A stretch of 63,128 nt of DNA, the filler included, from Octopus bimaculoides (lineage: Eukaryota), in NCBI RefSeq assembly GCF_001194135.2. It is 6 parts of 5 records of this genome, joined end to end, with 100 filler letters (N's around TTAATTAATTAA, not from the genome) between each part and the next. Parts side by side here need not be neighbours in the genome. Positions count along the whole stretch, not along the records: positions 1 to 23,411 come from NC_068990.1; 5 more parts are not named here. One strand, written 5' to 3'. Below, piece by piece: positions 1 to 13,709 of this stretch. The notes below the pieces were generated by a model. The model had not been told where the DNA came from. It saw nothing but the letters and a program-made list of their open reading frames with translations, and searched no databases. Both the position numbers and the translations under genes were made by a program. Position 1 is the first letter of the stretch, and each line of letters opens with the position of its first letter.

Positions 1-111
1 CGTGTGTGCTTGTGTCTGTGTGTCTCCTGCCCCATACTGCATGGCAACCAGTGTTGTTTTGTTTACGTTGCCACAACTAAGCAGTTCGCTAAAAGAAAAC
101 GAACAGAATAC

Positions 112-530
112 TCTTTTACTTTTATACTTGTTTCAGTCATTTGACTGTGGCCATGCCGGAGCACTGCCTATAGTCGACCAAATCAACCCCAGGACTTATT
201 CGTTGAAAGCCTAGTACTTATTCTATCGGTCTCTTTTACCGAACCGCTAAGTTACGGGGACGTAAACACACCAGCATCGGTTGTCAAGCGATGTTGTGGG
301 GATAAACACTGACACACAAATATATACACGCACACATACATACATATATATATATATACATATATATATACATATATACGAAGGGCTTCTTTCAGTTTCC
401 GTCTATCAAATCTACTCACAAGGTCGGCCCGAGGCTATAGTAGAAGACACTTGCCCAAGGTGCCACGCAGTGGGACTGAACCCGGAACCATGTGGTTGGT
501 AAGCAAGCTATTTACCACACAGCCACTCCT
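112..530 (-). mobile_element. tRNA-derived SINE, family A (internal microsatellite)
   Basis: Head ggagtggctgtgtggtaa...ggttccgggttcagtccc, internal (TA/CA)n, tail gctccggcatggccacagtcaaatgactgaaacaagt. Matches 10381-11150. Confidence 0.85.
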
Positions 531-754
531 TAACAATCTTTAAATGTAAGTCCTGGGATCGATTTAGTCGACGAAGACCCTTCAAGCAGTGTAAAATGCA
601 AACGTTGTTTGCATTGTGAAAATTCTATATTTTCTGTTGTAAATTCGATTGTCTCGTTGTCTCTCATGTTTTAAGTTTATTAACTGTAAATGAGAAAGCT
701 GTATTATGTCATCTCTACTATGTTGATTACGTCACGCTACTTCTGTTGCTTCTA

Positions 755-2052
755 TTAACTTGTCCGGAAAGTTCTGAGCGTTTTAAAGCTAAATATTTTA
801 AAATTTCATTGAACATTCCTGAAACGTAACACAGTCAAATTTTGGCGTTGATTGAAGCGATAGTGGATCTCTTCTTTGTTGCTGACTAAAAATAGATTTT
901 CTTTCATTCCAGTTACCCTTTGCTGACATTTGAAATTCATAACCAAAAATTTCATATTCGTGTTGTAATGCTTTTCTTTTCTTTTTTTTTTTTTTTTAAA
1001 TGAGAAAATGCTGCAAAGACTTGCAAAAATAGTTGTGAAGTTTAAGGTGATGATGGTGTAGATGAATCAACTGTTCGAAGGCGGTTTGCAAAATTTAAAG
1101 CTGTAGAACTTAGCTTGGAAGATGACAGTCGCAGTGCAAGACATTCAAAATTGGATGAAGTTGCTTTGAAGGCAAAAATCGAAGAAAACTCAAATACCAT
1201 AACTAGACAACATGCAGAGGATTAGAAAGTTTCTAAAGGTACTGCTCATGAACACCTAGTGAAGCTAGGATACATTTCTCGCTATAATGTATGACTCCCT
1301 CACAAACTTTCAGAAAAGAATTGCTTGGACCGGCATTCCGTTTGTGATATCCTTTTGAAATGGAATGAAAGCATGCCGTTTTTGAAACAACTTCTGACTG
1401 GAGATGGAAAATGGATTGTGTACGAAAACGTAGTGTGAAAAAGATCCTGGTGTTTGCGTAAGGATCTCCCAAAACAGCAACCAAAGACGAATATCCATGC
1501 CAAAAAAGCTATGCTTTGTGGTTTGGTGGGATCATAAAGGCATTATTTATAATGAGCTTCTCCCACAAAACCAGACAATTAATTCTTATGTATGCTGTCG
1601 TCAGCTGACTAATTTGAACCAAAAAAAGATCAAAGAACTAAGGCCGGAGATTGTCAACAGGAAAAGGGTAGTGTTCCAATGAGACAATGCCCGACTACAT
1701 GTGTTTTTGGCTACCCGAACAATGTTACATGAACTTGGCTTCGATCTTCTAACCCATCCACCATATTCTCCTGATATTGCACCATCCAACTACCGCTTGC
1801 TTTTATCTCTACAAAACTCATTGCAAGGAAAAACATTTAACGATTTACATGGAGTCAAAATGCATCTAGATAATGTTTTCTTCAAAACCAGTCAAATATT
1901 ATGTTGGTTGAATATTTAAATTACCTGCTAGATTGGCAAAAGTCATTGATAATAATGGAAATGATCTCACTGAATAAAATTTATTGAAAGGTCAATTATC
2001 TATATCCCTTTTTGCATATCAAAAAACGCTCAGAATTTTTCGAGCAACCTAA
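755..2052 (+). mobile_element. Full-length degenerate mariner transposon (~1.3 kb) with TIRs and TA target duplication
   Basis: Imperfect TIRs ttaacttgtccggaaagttctgagcgtttt and the reverse complement of aaaacgctcagaatttttcgagcaacctaa. TA at 753-754 and 2053-2054. Transposase remnants TGDGKWIVYEN, KKLCFVVWWDHKGIIYNELL, DNARLH, HPPYSPDIAPSNY, with stops and frameshifts. Confidence 0.93.
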
Positions 2053-2099
2053 TAGTAGAGATCGTCTGTTTGATCGTTAGTTTTGAATTCCACCATCTG

Positions 2100-2266
2100 C
2101 GTCTGGCTGTGAAGTTAAGAACCTCGCTTTCAACCTCGTAATTTCGGGTTCAGTCCTACTGCATGCCAATTTGGGCACGTGTTTTCTACTCTAGCTCCCG
2201 GCCATCCAATGCTTTGTCAGGGGATTCGGTAGACGGAATCTGTATGGAAGCCAGTTGTATACATAA

Positions 2267-2298
<32 letters not shown>

Positions 2299-2580
2299 AT
2301 ATGTGTATGTGTGCGTGAGTGTGTGTGTGTATGTATGTGTGTGAATGTCTTTCCGTCTGTATTTGTCACCAACACTCCCACGACCTTTAGACGACAAATG
2401 TTGGATTATTTACGTCACCGTTACTTTGTGGCTAGGAAAAAAAGATAGACAAAATAAGTACCAGGCTTCAGACATAAGTACCGCAGTCGATTTGTTCAAC
2501 AAAAAAGTACTGGAGTGTGGTACCCCAGCATGGCCGCAGTCCAATGATGAAATAAGTAAAAACATAAAAAAGATAGAAAT
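2100..2580 (+). mobile_element. SINE family A, diverged copy
   Basis: Head ggctgtgaagttaag..cgggttcagtcc, internal (TG)n, tail cagcatggccgcagtc. Confidence 0.75.
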
Positions 2581-4042
2581 ATGGTGATACATTTATTCGT
2601 TTAGATATCATACTTAATCAACCAAAGTTGATGTGTTATTTGAAATGTAGAGCATCCTTGATGAATTTAACTGCTGTGACGGCACATGACTTAGCAGTAA
2701 GGAGGATCGTGGTTTCTATTTCCAGTCCAGGCGGTGCACTTTTTACTTTTATTTATTTTTTTGGAGTAGAACACTACGCAGCAATAGCTAGAAGGTTAAA
2801 CCTGCGACGGGCCTTCGTCCCGTAAAAGAGTGGGGTTGTAGTCTCAGCCATTTATGCACAATAGAAACCAAGTTAAGTAATGGCTTTATGGGGCCTACAG
2901 AACATGACAGACTTGTGTCTAGATCTAATTTGTTTAACTAAACAAATAGCTACCTTCATAGCATTTCAGTTTTGGATGTAAAATATTAATGTCTTTAAAC
3001 GTTCTTAAGATTGTTTAAATACATTAATTTCTTCTTTATGTTTGTTACAAATTTTATCATCTTTTCCGCTGTATATCTATTGCATTTTGTGTTGTAGGAA
3101 AAAAAGTCAGTTATGTTTTTAAAGCATTTATCCCCACCTTCATATAAATTTTTCATATAAATTTTTCAATAAATTTCTCTTTTTATATTATATATATTTA
3201 ATAAATATTTCTATCAATAGAAACATAATCTCATAAACAATCACTTGTTAAATTATTTATTTTCACTCAAATTAAATATTATATCATGGAGAATAACGTA
3301 ATTGTCACAATATAATTCTTTCGCTTTTCTTATTAATATACTTTTTAAAAAAGGAAAAAAAAACTTTATTTTTCATAAAATTAATTTTTACCATTAAGAA
3401 ATAATTTTTCCATTATAATATTTTCCATCGGCATTTAGATTATCCAATTTAGCATTAATTGCATTATACGCCCTATTTTTTCCTTGTATATACACAGTGG
3501 CTAATAAACACAACCTTCTTGAACATCGTCTATAATATGCTCTTGTGGTCTTGTCTGTTTTGTCTGTGTGTTACAAACGGAAAAATAAATACATAGAGAG
3601 AGAAGGGGAGACAAGGAGAGAAACGGAAATGGTGGAATCAGTGAAAAAATAGAAAGAGAAAATATGAGAGAGAGACACAGAGAGAAAGAGAGACAGACAG
3701 AGAGATATGAAGCTAGAGAGCAGTTCCATATTATTCTGGATTTGTGTTCAAACGGCAGGCACAATGGAAACGGTTAACATACTAAAACAACGCCGTGAAG
3801 ATATATAACTTCATGCATTAAAACATATATCGATAAATAGTTAGCAAAAGTGAAATGTCTCTAGTTAGTACAAATTCGTTTACGTGCTCTAGACCAAAGG
3901 TTGTGGCCATGTTGGGGCACCACCATTGTTTATATTTTTGCATTTCTTTTGTTATTAGGTTTAAATGCTTATCTGTATTATGAGAGCAGACAAAGAGATA
4001 CATCGGCAGAGGGGCAAGTTGATATGATAGATAGATAGATAA

Positions 4043-4078
<36 letters not shown>

Positions 4079-4618
4079 TTAACTGAGTCTAGATCTATAT
4101 CAATAATTATGCAGAGAGAGAAGTATATTAGTAGATTTACAAATAGACAGATAGCTGAACTGAAATGAAATGTTATATTAAAAATCCAATTTTGATTAAA
4201 TGGTAGGATTTCAGAGGATTTTTTTTTTAATTCTTGCTTGCATTTAATACATTAACATAATATATTCAAATATACTGATTTACACCGTTGAACTTCAACA
4301 GGTCTCGTTAGTTGCAAATTAGTGGCTCTTACCCTTTCCCGCTACTATAGCACTCAGCGAAACCATATCAAAGAATGTACATAGAGATACAAGGAAAAGA
4401 CAGCGTAAAAGTTCCATGCAGTCGACATTATATAGTATAGAAACATGGGAATTTACATCAACATAATCTGATAAATAGAAGGTTTGAAAATATGGACATG
4501 AAGTGAATCTAACGGATTTTCTGTGTGTTTTTGAAATGGTTTATAAGCACCTTCCACACTGCAATTGGTTTTGTTTCAGCACACGATCTCAGATCAAGTC
4601 ACTTGTTATGCAAGTACA

Positions 4619-4705
<87 letters not shown>

Positions 4706-4708
<3 letters not shown>

Positions 4709-5053
4709 GGGTAAAAAGACCCCTTCTAGTCGTGAATGATCATGGGATTGCACCTAGAAAGTTACCCACAGAGGCACAAGTCCAGGCTAGTTTGTTTATA
4801 GAAGACCAGCAGTCGCACATGCATACCAGCCTCCCCTCTACACGCCACCGATGTTACGCAAAGGAAAGGCAAAGGGGCCAATACAGCTTGTCAGTAGTTA
4901 TGTCACCACTCATTTCTACAGCTGAGTGAACTGGAGCAAAGTGAAATAAAGTGTCTTGCTCAAGAACACAACAGACAGTCCGGTCCCCGGGAATCAAACT
5001 CACTAGCTCATGATGGCGAGCCCGATACTCTAACTACTGAGCCATGTACCTTC
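4706..5053 (-). mobile_element. CORE-like tRNA SINE (family D)
   Basis: Minus strand tRNA-like head, then ttcttgagcaagacactttatttcac..tgctccagttcactcagctgtagaaatgag (CORE-like). Related copies at 43925-44090 (+) and 51190-51295 (-). Confidence 0.7.
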
Positions 5054-5082
5054 ACATGTATATATCATCATCATCATTATCA

Positions 5083-6120
5083 TCATCATCGTTTAACGTC
5101 CGTTGTCCATGCTGGCATGGGTTGGACGGTTTGACCGGGCTGGCACGCTGGAAGGCTGCACCAGACTCCCGTCTGATTTGTCATAGGTTTATATGGCTGC
5201 ATGCCCTTCCTAACACCAATCACTCCGAGAATGTAATGGATGCTTTTACGTGCCACCGGGGTGACTTAATGTTCCTCTGGTACGGGTGCCAATTTGCGTG
5301 ACACGGTGTCTGCCACGACTGCGATTTTGTTCGGCTTGATAGGTCTTCTCAAGTACGAGATAATGCCAAAAGCTTTGGTCATTACCTCCCTGAGGTTCAA
5401 CACTCGAAAGACCTCAGCCACTTCGCCTCCATGAGGCCCAACGCTAGAAATGTGTTCTTTGTGTGCCACCAGAACGGGTGCACTTGATTTGATAGGTCCT
5501 TTCAAGCACAGCACATCGCCTAAGTTCTCGGTCACTAGACATGCTCAAAGTCCGAAAATTATGCTTCACCACCTCGTCCCATTTCTCTTCGCTCTACAGG
5601 TTCCCTCCACAGTAAGAGATCGGCACTTTACGCAGCTTTTCTTGTCCATACGCATCACATAACTATACCAGCACAGTCGTCTATTTTGCATACCACATCT
5701 GATGCCTCTTATGCTTAACTTTTCTCTTAAGACGCTTACACTCTATTGAACATGGACACTGAAATTGCACATCCAGCGAAACATACTGGCTTCATTTCTT
5801 TCAAGCATGTCCTCGGCTGTCACAGCCCACGCTTTACTACTATGAAGCATAGCTGTTTCCACACAGGCATCACACAATCTGCCTTTCACTCTGAGAGCGA
5901 GGCCCTTTGTTGCTAGCAGGAGTAAGAGCTCTCTGAACTTTGCCCACCCTAATTTTATTCTCACAGCAATGCTCTCGGAGCATCCACCTCCACTACTACC
6001 GTGGTCACCTAGATAACGGAAGCTATCCGCTACCTCTAGCTTGTCGCCCTGGCAGTTGATGAAGTCTATTTTCTGCCTATTTTCAGCGTTAACTATACCT
6101 GTAATCTTCCACATATTCTT
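5083..6120 (-). mobile_element. RTE-clade LINE 3' fragment
   Basis: RT C-terminal remnant LEVADSFRYLG..GGGCSESIAVRIKLGWAKFREL..L...KGRL.DACVETAMLHSSKAWAV. It ends in a 3' UTR (tttaacgtccg..ccatgctggcatggg on the plus strand) next to a (CAT)n tract. Confidence 0.85.
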
Positions 6121-6124
6121 TTAA

Positions 6125-6420
6125 GCGTTTCCACCCAAATGTTGTGGCCATGATGGAGCACAGCCAGTATCGTCACACCATGATTGGCTTTTGCTAAAGG
6201 AGGGAGTATGATATTGCTGCCCTCTCTTGAGTTTCTTGTGATGTAAGTTCATCTGGGATCTTGGACAGCAGTAGGTCAAGTTCCTTCTTGGAAACACCTA
6301 GCTCCATTCCATGGACATTTCTCATATTTTTTGTGCGGTGGGGAGAGATATTAAATAGCTGTGGGTCTTTGAACCCCAAGCTATAGCAGTACCTGATCCT
6401 CATTCTATATGAAAGAAATC
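6125..6420 (-). mobile_element. CR1/L2-type LINE extreme 3' end
   Basis: SLGFKDPQLFNI..KELDLLLSKIPDELT plus a tail related to the 32675-32720 tail. Confidence 0.7.
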
Positions 6421-6797
6421 ATAGGCTCAAGAACAGGGCAAGGTGCAATGAAAACGTTTTGAACGTCCTTATGTAAAATTCCATCGCTAAAACGAACGAC
6501 GGTAGAAACATTTCTTTTACTGATTTCAAACATTATTTTCCATTTTAGGGTTTAACTGATGTGATTGGTGTGCAAGTATAATAATGGTCTCAAATCTTGT
6601 CACAAGGCCAGCAACTTTTGGATTGTGGTTAAATTGATTACATCGACCCCAGTGCTCGACTGGTACTTATTTTATCGACGCCGAAAGAATGAAAGGCAAA
6701 GTAGACCTCGGTTGAATTTGAACTCAGAACGTCAAAGCGGACGAAATGCTGCTTAGCATTCTGCCTGGCGTGCTAACAATTCTGCCAGGTTGCCACC

Positions 6798-6798
6798 T

Positions 6799-6833
<35 letters not shown>

Positions 6834-6837
6834 AGGC

Positions 6838-6901
<64 letters not shown>

Positions 6902-7098
6902 GATAAAAATAACAACGACGACGACGGCGAGGAAGAGGAAGAGTAGCAGGAGAGGAAGAAGTACCAGTGTTTGAAATTTCGTTCCTGCAATTACAAGAGA
7001 GAGACACACAAACAGACAGCGATAGAGCGGGAGACAGAGAGACTGATAAAGAGACAGACACAGAGTGAGAGGACAAGAGAAAGAACGACAGAGAGAGA

Positions 7099-7158
<60 letters not shown>
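6798..7158. repeat. Compound (ACT)n(GCT)n(ACT)n and (GA)n microsatellites
   Basis: Direct reading. Confidence 0.95.
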
Positions 7159-7162
<4 letters not shown>

Positions 7163-7818
7163 TGGACATAAAATATATGTACGTTACGAATATTCTATCA
7201 AATGAGCAACGAAGTCGGCATTTTACATCGAAGTCAGCATTTTACAACGGACACTATATTTAAGACCTACATCCGGCACCTCAACATCCGATACCAAGAC
7301 AGACATTTTGTATTAGTCTAGCATTTTCTGAATTACAGTTCAAGAAAATCTCACCAAAGCCGTCTACACCGACAAGACGCTGGTTTCCTCAAACCGCTTG
7401 TAAAAACAGCTCTTGATAGTCTCTCGATCGGAAATATGGCGAACGCGTTCATTTGTTGAAAACATACAAATAACATTGTTCACAAGCGCTTGATTAAGAA
7501 GTAATATACATACGTACATAAATACATACATACATACATACCTACATGCGTATACATATATACATATATACATACATACATATAAATATACATATATATA
7601 TATATATATTCACACACACATACATATCTACATATCTACATGCATTCATATACAGGCTATATATATCGTTGTGTGTGTGTGTGCATGTGTGTGTTTGTGC
7701 GAATGGAAAGTCGTACCTGCATATGTATGCATAGATATTTGTAGATATATTTTATGTCAATGTAGAAACAGAAATATGTGCAATTACATACAGAAACGTC
7801 AGTGTTTCGGGACGCGTG

Positions 7819-7868
<50 letters not shown>

Positions 7869-8099
7869 CAATCGTGTTCGTGTGTTCTCGTGAAATTATT
7901 TTCGGTTCCTATATATCACTCACTCTGTATACATCATTCCGGCTATCATTCAGTATTGTAAGTCTCACAATTTTCATTTCATTATGACATTGCTACGAAT
8001 TAAATTGACACATAACGTGTGTATACGTGATGAAAGAAGTGTTGTGTTTTTAAGCAAGCCGTGAATATATATACATATATCTGCGCTCTGGCGTGTGTG

Positions 8100-8140
<41 letters not shown>

Positions 8141-8150
8141 NNNNNNNNNN

Positions 8151-8186
<36 letters not shown>

Positions 8187-8357
8187 GTTTGCGTGTCTTT
8201 ATATGTATGTGTGTGCTGTACTTATAACTGTATAATCTAATCTACGCATACATGTATATACAAATTACTTTCACATACATTCCAACACGCGAACATTCAC
8301 ATAATATGCATGTATACGCAAATGCACATATGTGTTTATATATATATATATATATAC

Positions 8358-8402
<45 letters not shown>

Positions 8403-8921
8403 TGCATATATATATATATATANNNNNNNNNNNNNNNNNNNNNNNNNNNNNNNNNNNNNNNNNNNNNNNNNNNNNNNNNNNNNNNNNNNNNNNNNNNNNN
8501 NNNNNNNNNNNNNNNNNNNNNNNNNNNNNNNNNNNNNNNNNNNNNNNNNNNNNNNNNNNNNNNNNNNNNNNNNNNNNNNNNNNNNNNNNNNNNNNNNNNN
8601 NNNNNNNNNNNNNNNNNNNNNNNNNNNNNNNNNNNNNNNNNNNNNNNNNNNNNNNNNNNNNNNNNNNNNNNNNNNNNNNNNNNNNNNNNNNNNNNNNNNN
8701 NNNNNNNNNNNNNNNNNNNNNNNNNNNNNNNNNNNNNNNNNNNNNNNNNNNNNNNNNNNNNNNNNNNNNNNNNNNNNNNNNNNNNNNNNNNNNNNNNNNN
8801 NNNNNNNNNNNNNNNNNNNNNTATATATATATTTATGCATGTATTTCTTTATATATTTGTTTATATGTAAATATACATATAAGTTAAGCGCATTATGTGT
8901 TTATGTTTGTGAGTTTGTATG

Positions 8922-8960
<39 letters not shown>

Positions 8961-9471
8961 ATATAATATAGAAATACACACACGCATACACACATATACA
9001 CACACACATACATATCTGTATGCACATAAATGTATGTGTGTGTTATACATTACACATACACATACATACATACACACAAATATACATACATACATACATT
9101 CATACATACATACATACATATACATATGCGCATCTCCTATACGTTAATCTGTATGAAGGAGTCTAATTTATATTTCTTACATTTGACTATGAGAGAAGGA
9201 AGGGAAAATCGACTTTGACCAAAGGAAACAATTTAAAGAAAAGTTGCCAGAATCTTAAGAATAAGATTCATTCATTTCCTCTTCTTCGATATTTTCTAAA
9301 GAATGAAATATTTTTCTTAAACCAATCTTTTTTAGACTTGCACTGAACTTAATTCATTTCTGGCTACAAATAGTTTGTATATATTCGTGTATACACACAC
9401 TCACACGCACACACATACGTACATATATATATATACACATGTATATATACATGTGCATATATACATGTATG

Positions 9472-9502
<31 letters not shown>

Positions 9503-9900
9503 NNNNNNNNNNNNNNNNNNNNNNNNNNNNNNNNNNNNNNNNNNNNNNNNNNNNNNNNNNNNNNNNNNNNNNNNNNNNNNNNNNNNNNNNNNNNNNNNNN
9601 NNNNNNNNNNNNNNNNNNNNNNNNNNNNNNNNNNNNNNNNNNNNNNNNNNNNNNNNNNNNNNNNNNNNNNNNNNNNNNNNNNNNNNNNNNNNNNNNNNNN
9701 NNNNNNNNNNNNNNNNNNNNNNNNNNNNNNNNNNNNNNNNNNNNNNNNNNNNNNNNNNNNNNNNNNNNNNNNNNNNNNNNTATATATATATATATATATA
9801 TGAGTGTGTGTGTGTGTGTGTTTTATGTATGCGTATATATATATATGTGTGTATATAATATGTACATATATACAAACATATACATATATAGCCATATCTA

Positions 9901-11436
9901 TCCGGTTGGTGCAAGGGTAATGGCCGATTTTAAGGTCTCTATTTAAAATGAAAAAGCCCATAACTAAGACAATATTTATTCGTTAACATAATTTCTATTG
10001 CTTTCTAGAAGTTCATTCCATCCGTCAATAAGCTTATAAATGCCACGCTTGTAAAATTGTTTAGGTTTTGATGCAAAATATGATGCATCTTCTCTTGATG
10101 TCAACGTAAGGCCATTCAAATGGTTCTGTAGTCCCCCGAAACAAGTGATAACCAGAAGGAGTAAGGTCTGGAGAATATGAAGAATGAAGCAATATTTCCC
10201 AGTCAAACTCTTCCGAAAGATATTTGGTCAGTCGAGCTGTGTGAGGACGAACATTATCATGGTGGAAGGTGACACCCTTTCTGTTAAATAAGCTGCGTCG
10301 CTTTCTGTTCAAAGCAGCTTTCAAACGATGAAGGTGATCACAGTAGAGATTATCAGTAATTGTTTGATTGTTGTTTAATGGAGTGGCTGTGTGGTAAGTA
10401 GCTTGCTTACGAACCACATGGTTCCGGGTTCAGTCCCACTGCGTGGCACTTTGGGTAAATGTCTTCTACTATACCCTCGGGCCGACCACAGCCTCGTGTG
10501 TGGATTTGGTAGCCGGAAACTGAAAGAAACCTGTCGTATATATGTATATATATATATACATATATATATATANNNNNNNNNNNNNNNNNNNNNNNNNNNN
10601 NNNNNNNNNNNNNNNNNNNNNNNNNNNNNNNNNNNNNNNNNNNNNNNNNNNNNNNNNNNNNNNNNNNNNNNNNNNNNNNNNNNNNNNNNNNNNNNNNNNN
10701 NNNNNNNNNNNNNNNNNNNNNNNNNNNNNNNNNNNNNNNNNNNNNNNNNNNNNNNNNNNNNNNNNNNNNNNNNNNNNNNNNNNNNNNNNNNNNNNNNNNN
10801 NNNNNNNNNNNNNNNNNNNNNNNNNNNNNNNNNNNNNCAAAGCCTTCTGAGTGTATTTGGTAGATGAAAACTGAAAGAAACCCGTCGTGTATATGTATAT
10901 ATATATATATATATGTATGTGTGTATATGTATGTATGTCTGTTTGTCCCCCCTTCCCGCAACATTGCTTGACAACTGATGGTGGTGTGTTTAAGTCCCCA
11001 TAACTTAGTGGTTCGGCGACAAAAGAGACCGATAGAATAAGTACTAGGCTTACAAAGAATAAGTCCTGGGGTCGATTTTCTCGACTAAAGGCGGTGCTCC
11101 AGCATGGCCACAGTCAAATGACTTAAACAAGTAACAGAGAGTAAAAGAGAGTTCGTAATGGATAATTCCTTCAATATCCCACCATTCACTGAACATGATG
11201 TTCCTTGGATGAAGTTCTTCTCTTGGTTGTTGATCAGGTCTCCCTCATCGAATGATCCACGATTGGCAGCGTTTAATGTTATGCTAAAGGATCCACTTCT
11301 CATCACCTGTAACAAACCTTCCTAAAAATGGCTCCTTAAGGTGTCCTGAAGGCAATGACTGACAACAAACAACACGGTGTTGCAGACTTGGAGACAGTTC
11401 GTACAGGACTCATATTGAACTGCTTGGAACTGGAAA
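9901..11436 (-). mobile_element. Degenerate mariner transposon (5' part not seen), interrupted by a SINE
   Basis: Minus-strand remnants FLGRFVTGDEKW and WWDIEGIIHYE (11150-11430) continue as LNNNQTITDNLYC..HDNVRPH..YSPDLTPSGY (10000-10380). A mariner-type TIR ccggttggtgcaagggtaatggccgatttt lies at about 9902-9931. Confidence 0.88.
10381..11150 (+). mobile_element. SINE family A nested in a mariner (contains a gap and a partial duplication)
   Basis: gagtggctgtgtggtaagtagcttgc...ggaaactgaaagaa-(TA)n...ggcggtgctccagcatggccacagtcaaatgac. The mariner reading frame resumes on both sides. Confidence 0.88.
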
Positions 11437-11780
11437 CTGGCAGAATCGTTAGCGCGCCGGGCAAAATGCTTAGTGGTATTTCGTCTGCCGCTATGTTCTG
11501 AGTTCAAATTCCGCCGTGGTCAACTCTGCCTTTTATTCTTTCGATAAATTAAGCACCAGTTGCGTACTGGGGTCGATATAATCGCCTTGTCCCCGCGCCC
11601 AAAATTTCAGGCCTTGTGCCTATAATAGAAAGGATATATATTTCTGAGTACAAATTACTCCAAGGTCATTTCGGAGTCGATAAAACAAGTACCAGTTGAT
11701 CAGTAGGGGTCGATCTAATCGACTTAATCACCCCACCCGCCCCTAAATCGCTGGCCTTGTGCAAAAATTTGAAACCGATA
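11436..11780 (+). mobile_element. Short interspersed repeat, family B, with a duplicated 3' part
   Basis: ggcagaatcgttagc..gggcaaaatgcttag..tctgagttcaaattccgcc..tcgataaattaagcaccag. Further copies at about 6560-6795(-), 13440-13650(-), 13655-13910(-), 14325-14510(-), 16880-17042(+), 26290-26600(-), 53185-53390(-), 53595-53732(-), 54195-54300(-) and 58305-58495(-). Confidence 0.8.
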
Positions 11781-12120
11781 TTCACTGAACTGCTTGGGGT
11801 GTAGTTAAAAGCGATAATGTAGTGGTGAAGACGTTAACTTCAAGATTAATTATAAAACGGCTTGAAAGATCCAGTGAAAAGGAGCAAAATTTCTTGTGAA
11901 TTTGTGTGTCTCCCAGTTGTTGCTACTTGTTGAAAAATGGCGGAAACTTCACCGGAAATCCACAAATCTTTAGGTCGACATGTATTGAAATTGCAGGATT
12001 AAAATTCCAAATTTACAGGATTTCTCATACCGATTTATTGTACAGAGGAGCATCATTTTAAAACTTGGTGGGTGTATTTATAGATGGTCAATAATAAATA
12101 CGTATATATATGCATACTTA

Positions 12121-12154
<34 letters not shown>

Positions 12155-13709
12155 CCAAACATACATATGACTATATGTGTGTGTGTAAACATACATATAT
12201 ATGCATATATATAAGTATATACAAGCATACATACACACATACAAATAAATAAATAAATATATATATATATAACTATATGCACACATATATACACACACAT
12301 ACACACACACACAACCCACGTATATATACACATATATATATATATATACACACGCATATACAAATTTTCACTATCTTTTGAGCTATCTCTGGCTATTTAT
12401 CGTATACTCGTGTTTCTATATGTTCATACGCACATGTATACATGCCCGTATGGAGCGGGGAGGCGTATATATGCAAAACCACACATGCATATTCATAAAC
12501 TTATATATATATATATGTTCATAAATTTTAATAGATCATTAACAAAAGCCTCGCATGTGTTTTCTAAAAATTTGGCACGTGAGTAGATGAAAACATCACG
12601 GCTTCTGCGTACAGTAATTGACTCGATGAATGTTAAAGATATACCCTAACCCTCTTGACAACAACAAATCAAATCTCGATATAAAAATAGTTATTTATAT
12701 TTTGATGTCTTGGTGAATATTCATTCTTATGTATTGTCACGCTGCATTCCCAACTTCAATAGTTTTAGTAACGCATAGACGAGTCAAACTGTTGATACAA
12801 CTATTTAACCACCACGATATATTAAGTGTACGTTTGTACGTGCTTGTGTGAGTATGTGTATGTATGTGTGTGTGTCAATGTGTGTGAGTATGTATAAATA
12901 TGTGTGTAACTGTGCCCATTGACGTTCCAATATACCGCGATTTGCTTTAATTCCAAATAATACAAACCTTACTGTTTTTAACGGCTCAAAAACACAAGCG
13001 TTACTCAGATCAGAAAATCAATATCACGTGACACCACCCATCAGCAAGTGCAGCTAGTTCTCACTCATTCGCTAATAATGTCTACTCTACCCAGATATCA
13101 ACGAAGATCTCTCTTAGCAAAAGCACATACTAAACGTAACTATGGCCCCCATTTCAACGTATTTCAACGTGACCCTGTCCCTACACATGAGCAACTAGTT
13201 CTCACTCAATCGTTCCTAATGTCTGACCTGACTATAAACGAAGATCGTTCATAGCAAAAGTACATGTTCAACATAGCCATGACCCACCAGAAGATGTTTT
13301 ATCCACATATGATTCTCGACGTTCAACAAATATCAGGTAAGGACCTCAATAGATCATTGTTTCTACATCTGGGAATAGAAATGATACTGATCCTAAACCG
13401 CATCTAAAACAGGTCCAAAATGCTGCCTAGCGAAATATAGATTTTGGATTTCGGCACAAGGCCGGCAACCTCGGAGTGAGGGTGGTATAAAGCGATTGCA
13501 TTGACCCAGTGTTCAGCTGGTACTTATCCTATTGCCCCGAAAGGATGAAAGGCAAACTAAACCTGAGCGGAATTTGAGCTCAGGACGCAAAGACGAATGA
13601 AATGCCAATCTTTTTGCCCGGTGTGCTAACGAATCTGCCAGCTCGCCGCCTTAACTGATTACCATGATATTGACTTCGAATTTTGACTCAAGGCTAGTAA
13701 TTTCGGGGC

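Noticed and set aside
3719-3764. Minus-strand CLPFEHKSRIIWNCS resembling the Wnt CxxQFxxRRWNC motif
   Set aside because: The Cys-Trp spacing is wrong, it runs into a CT microsatellite, and it lies downstream of exon 3, where that motif cannot be.
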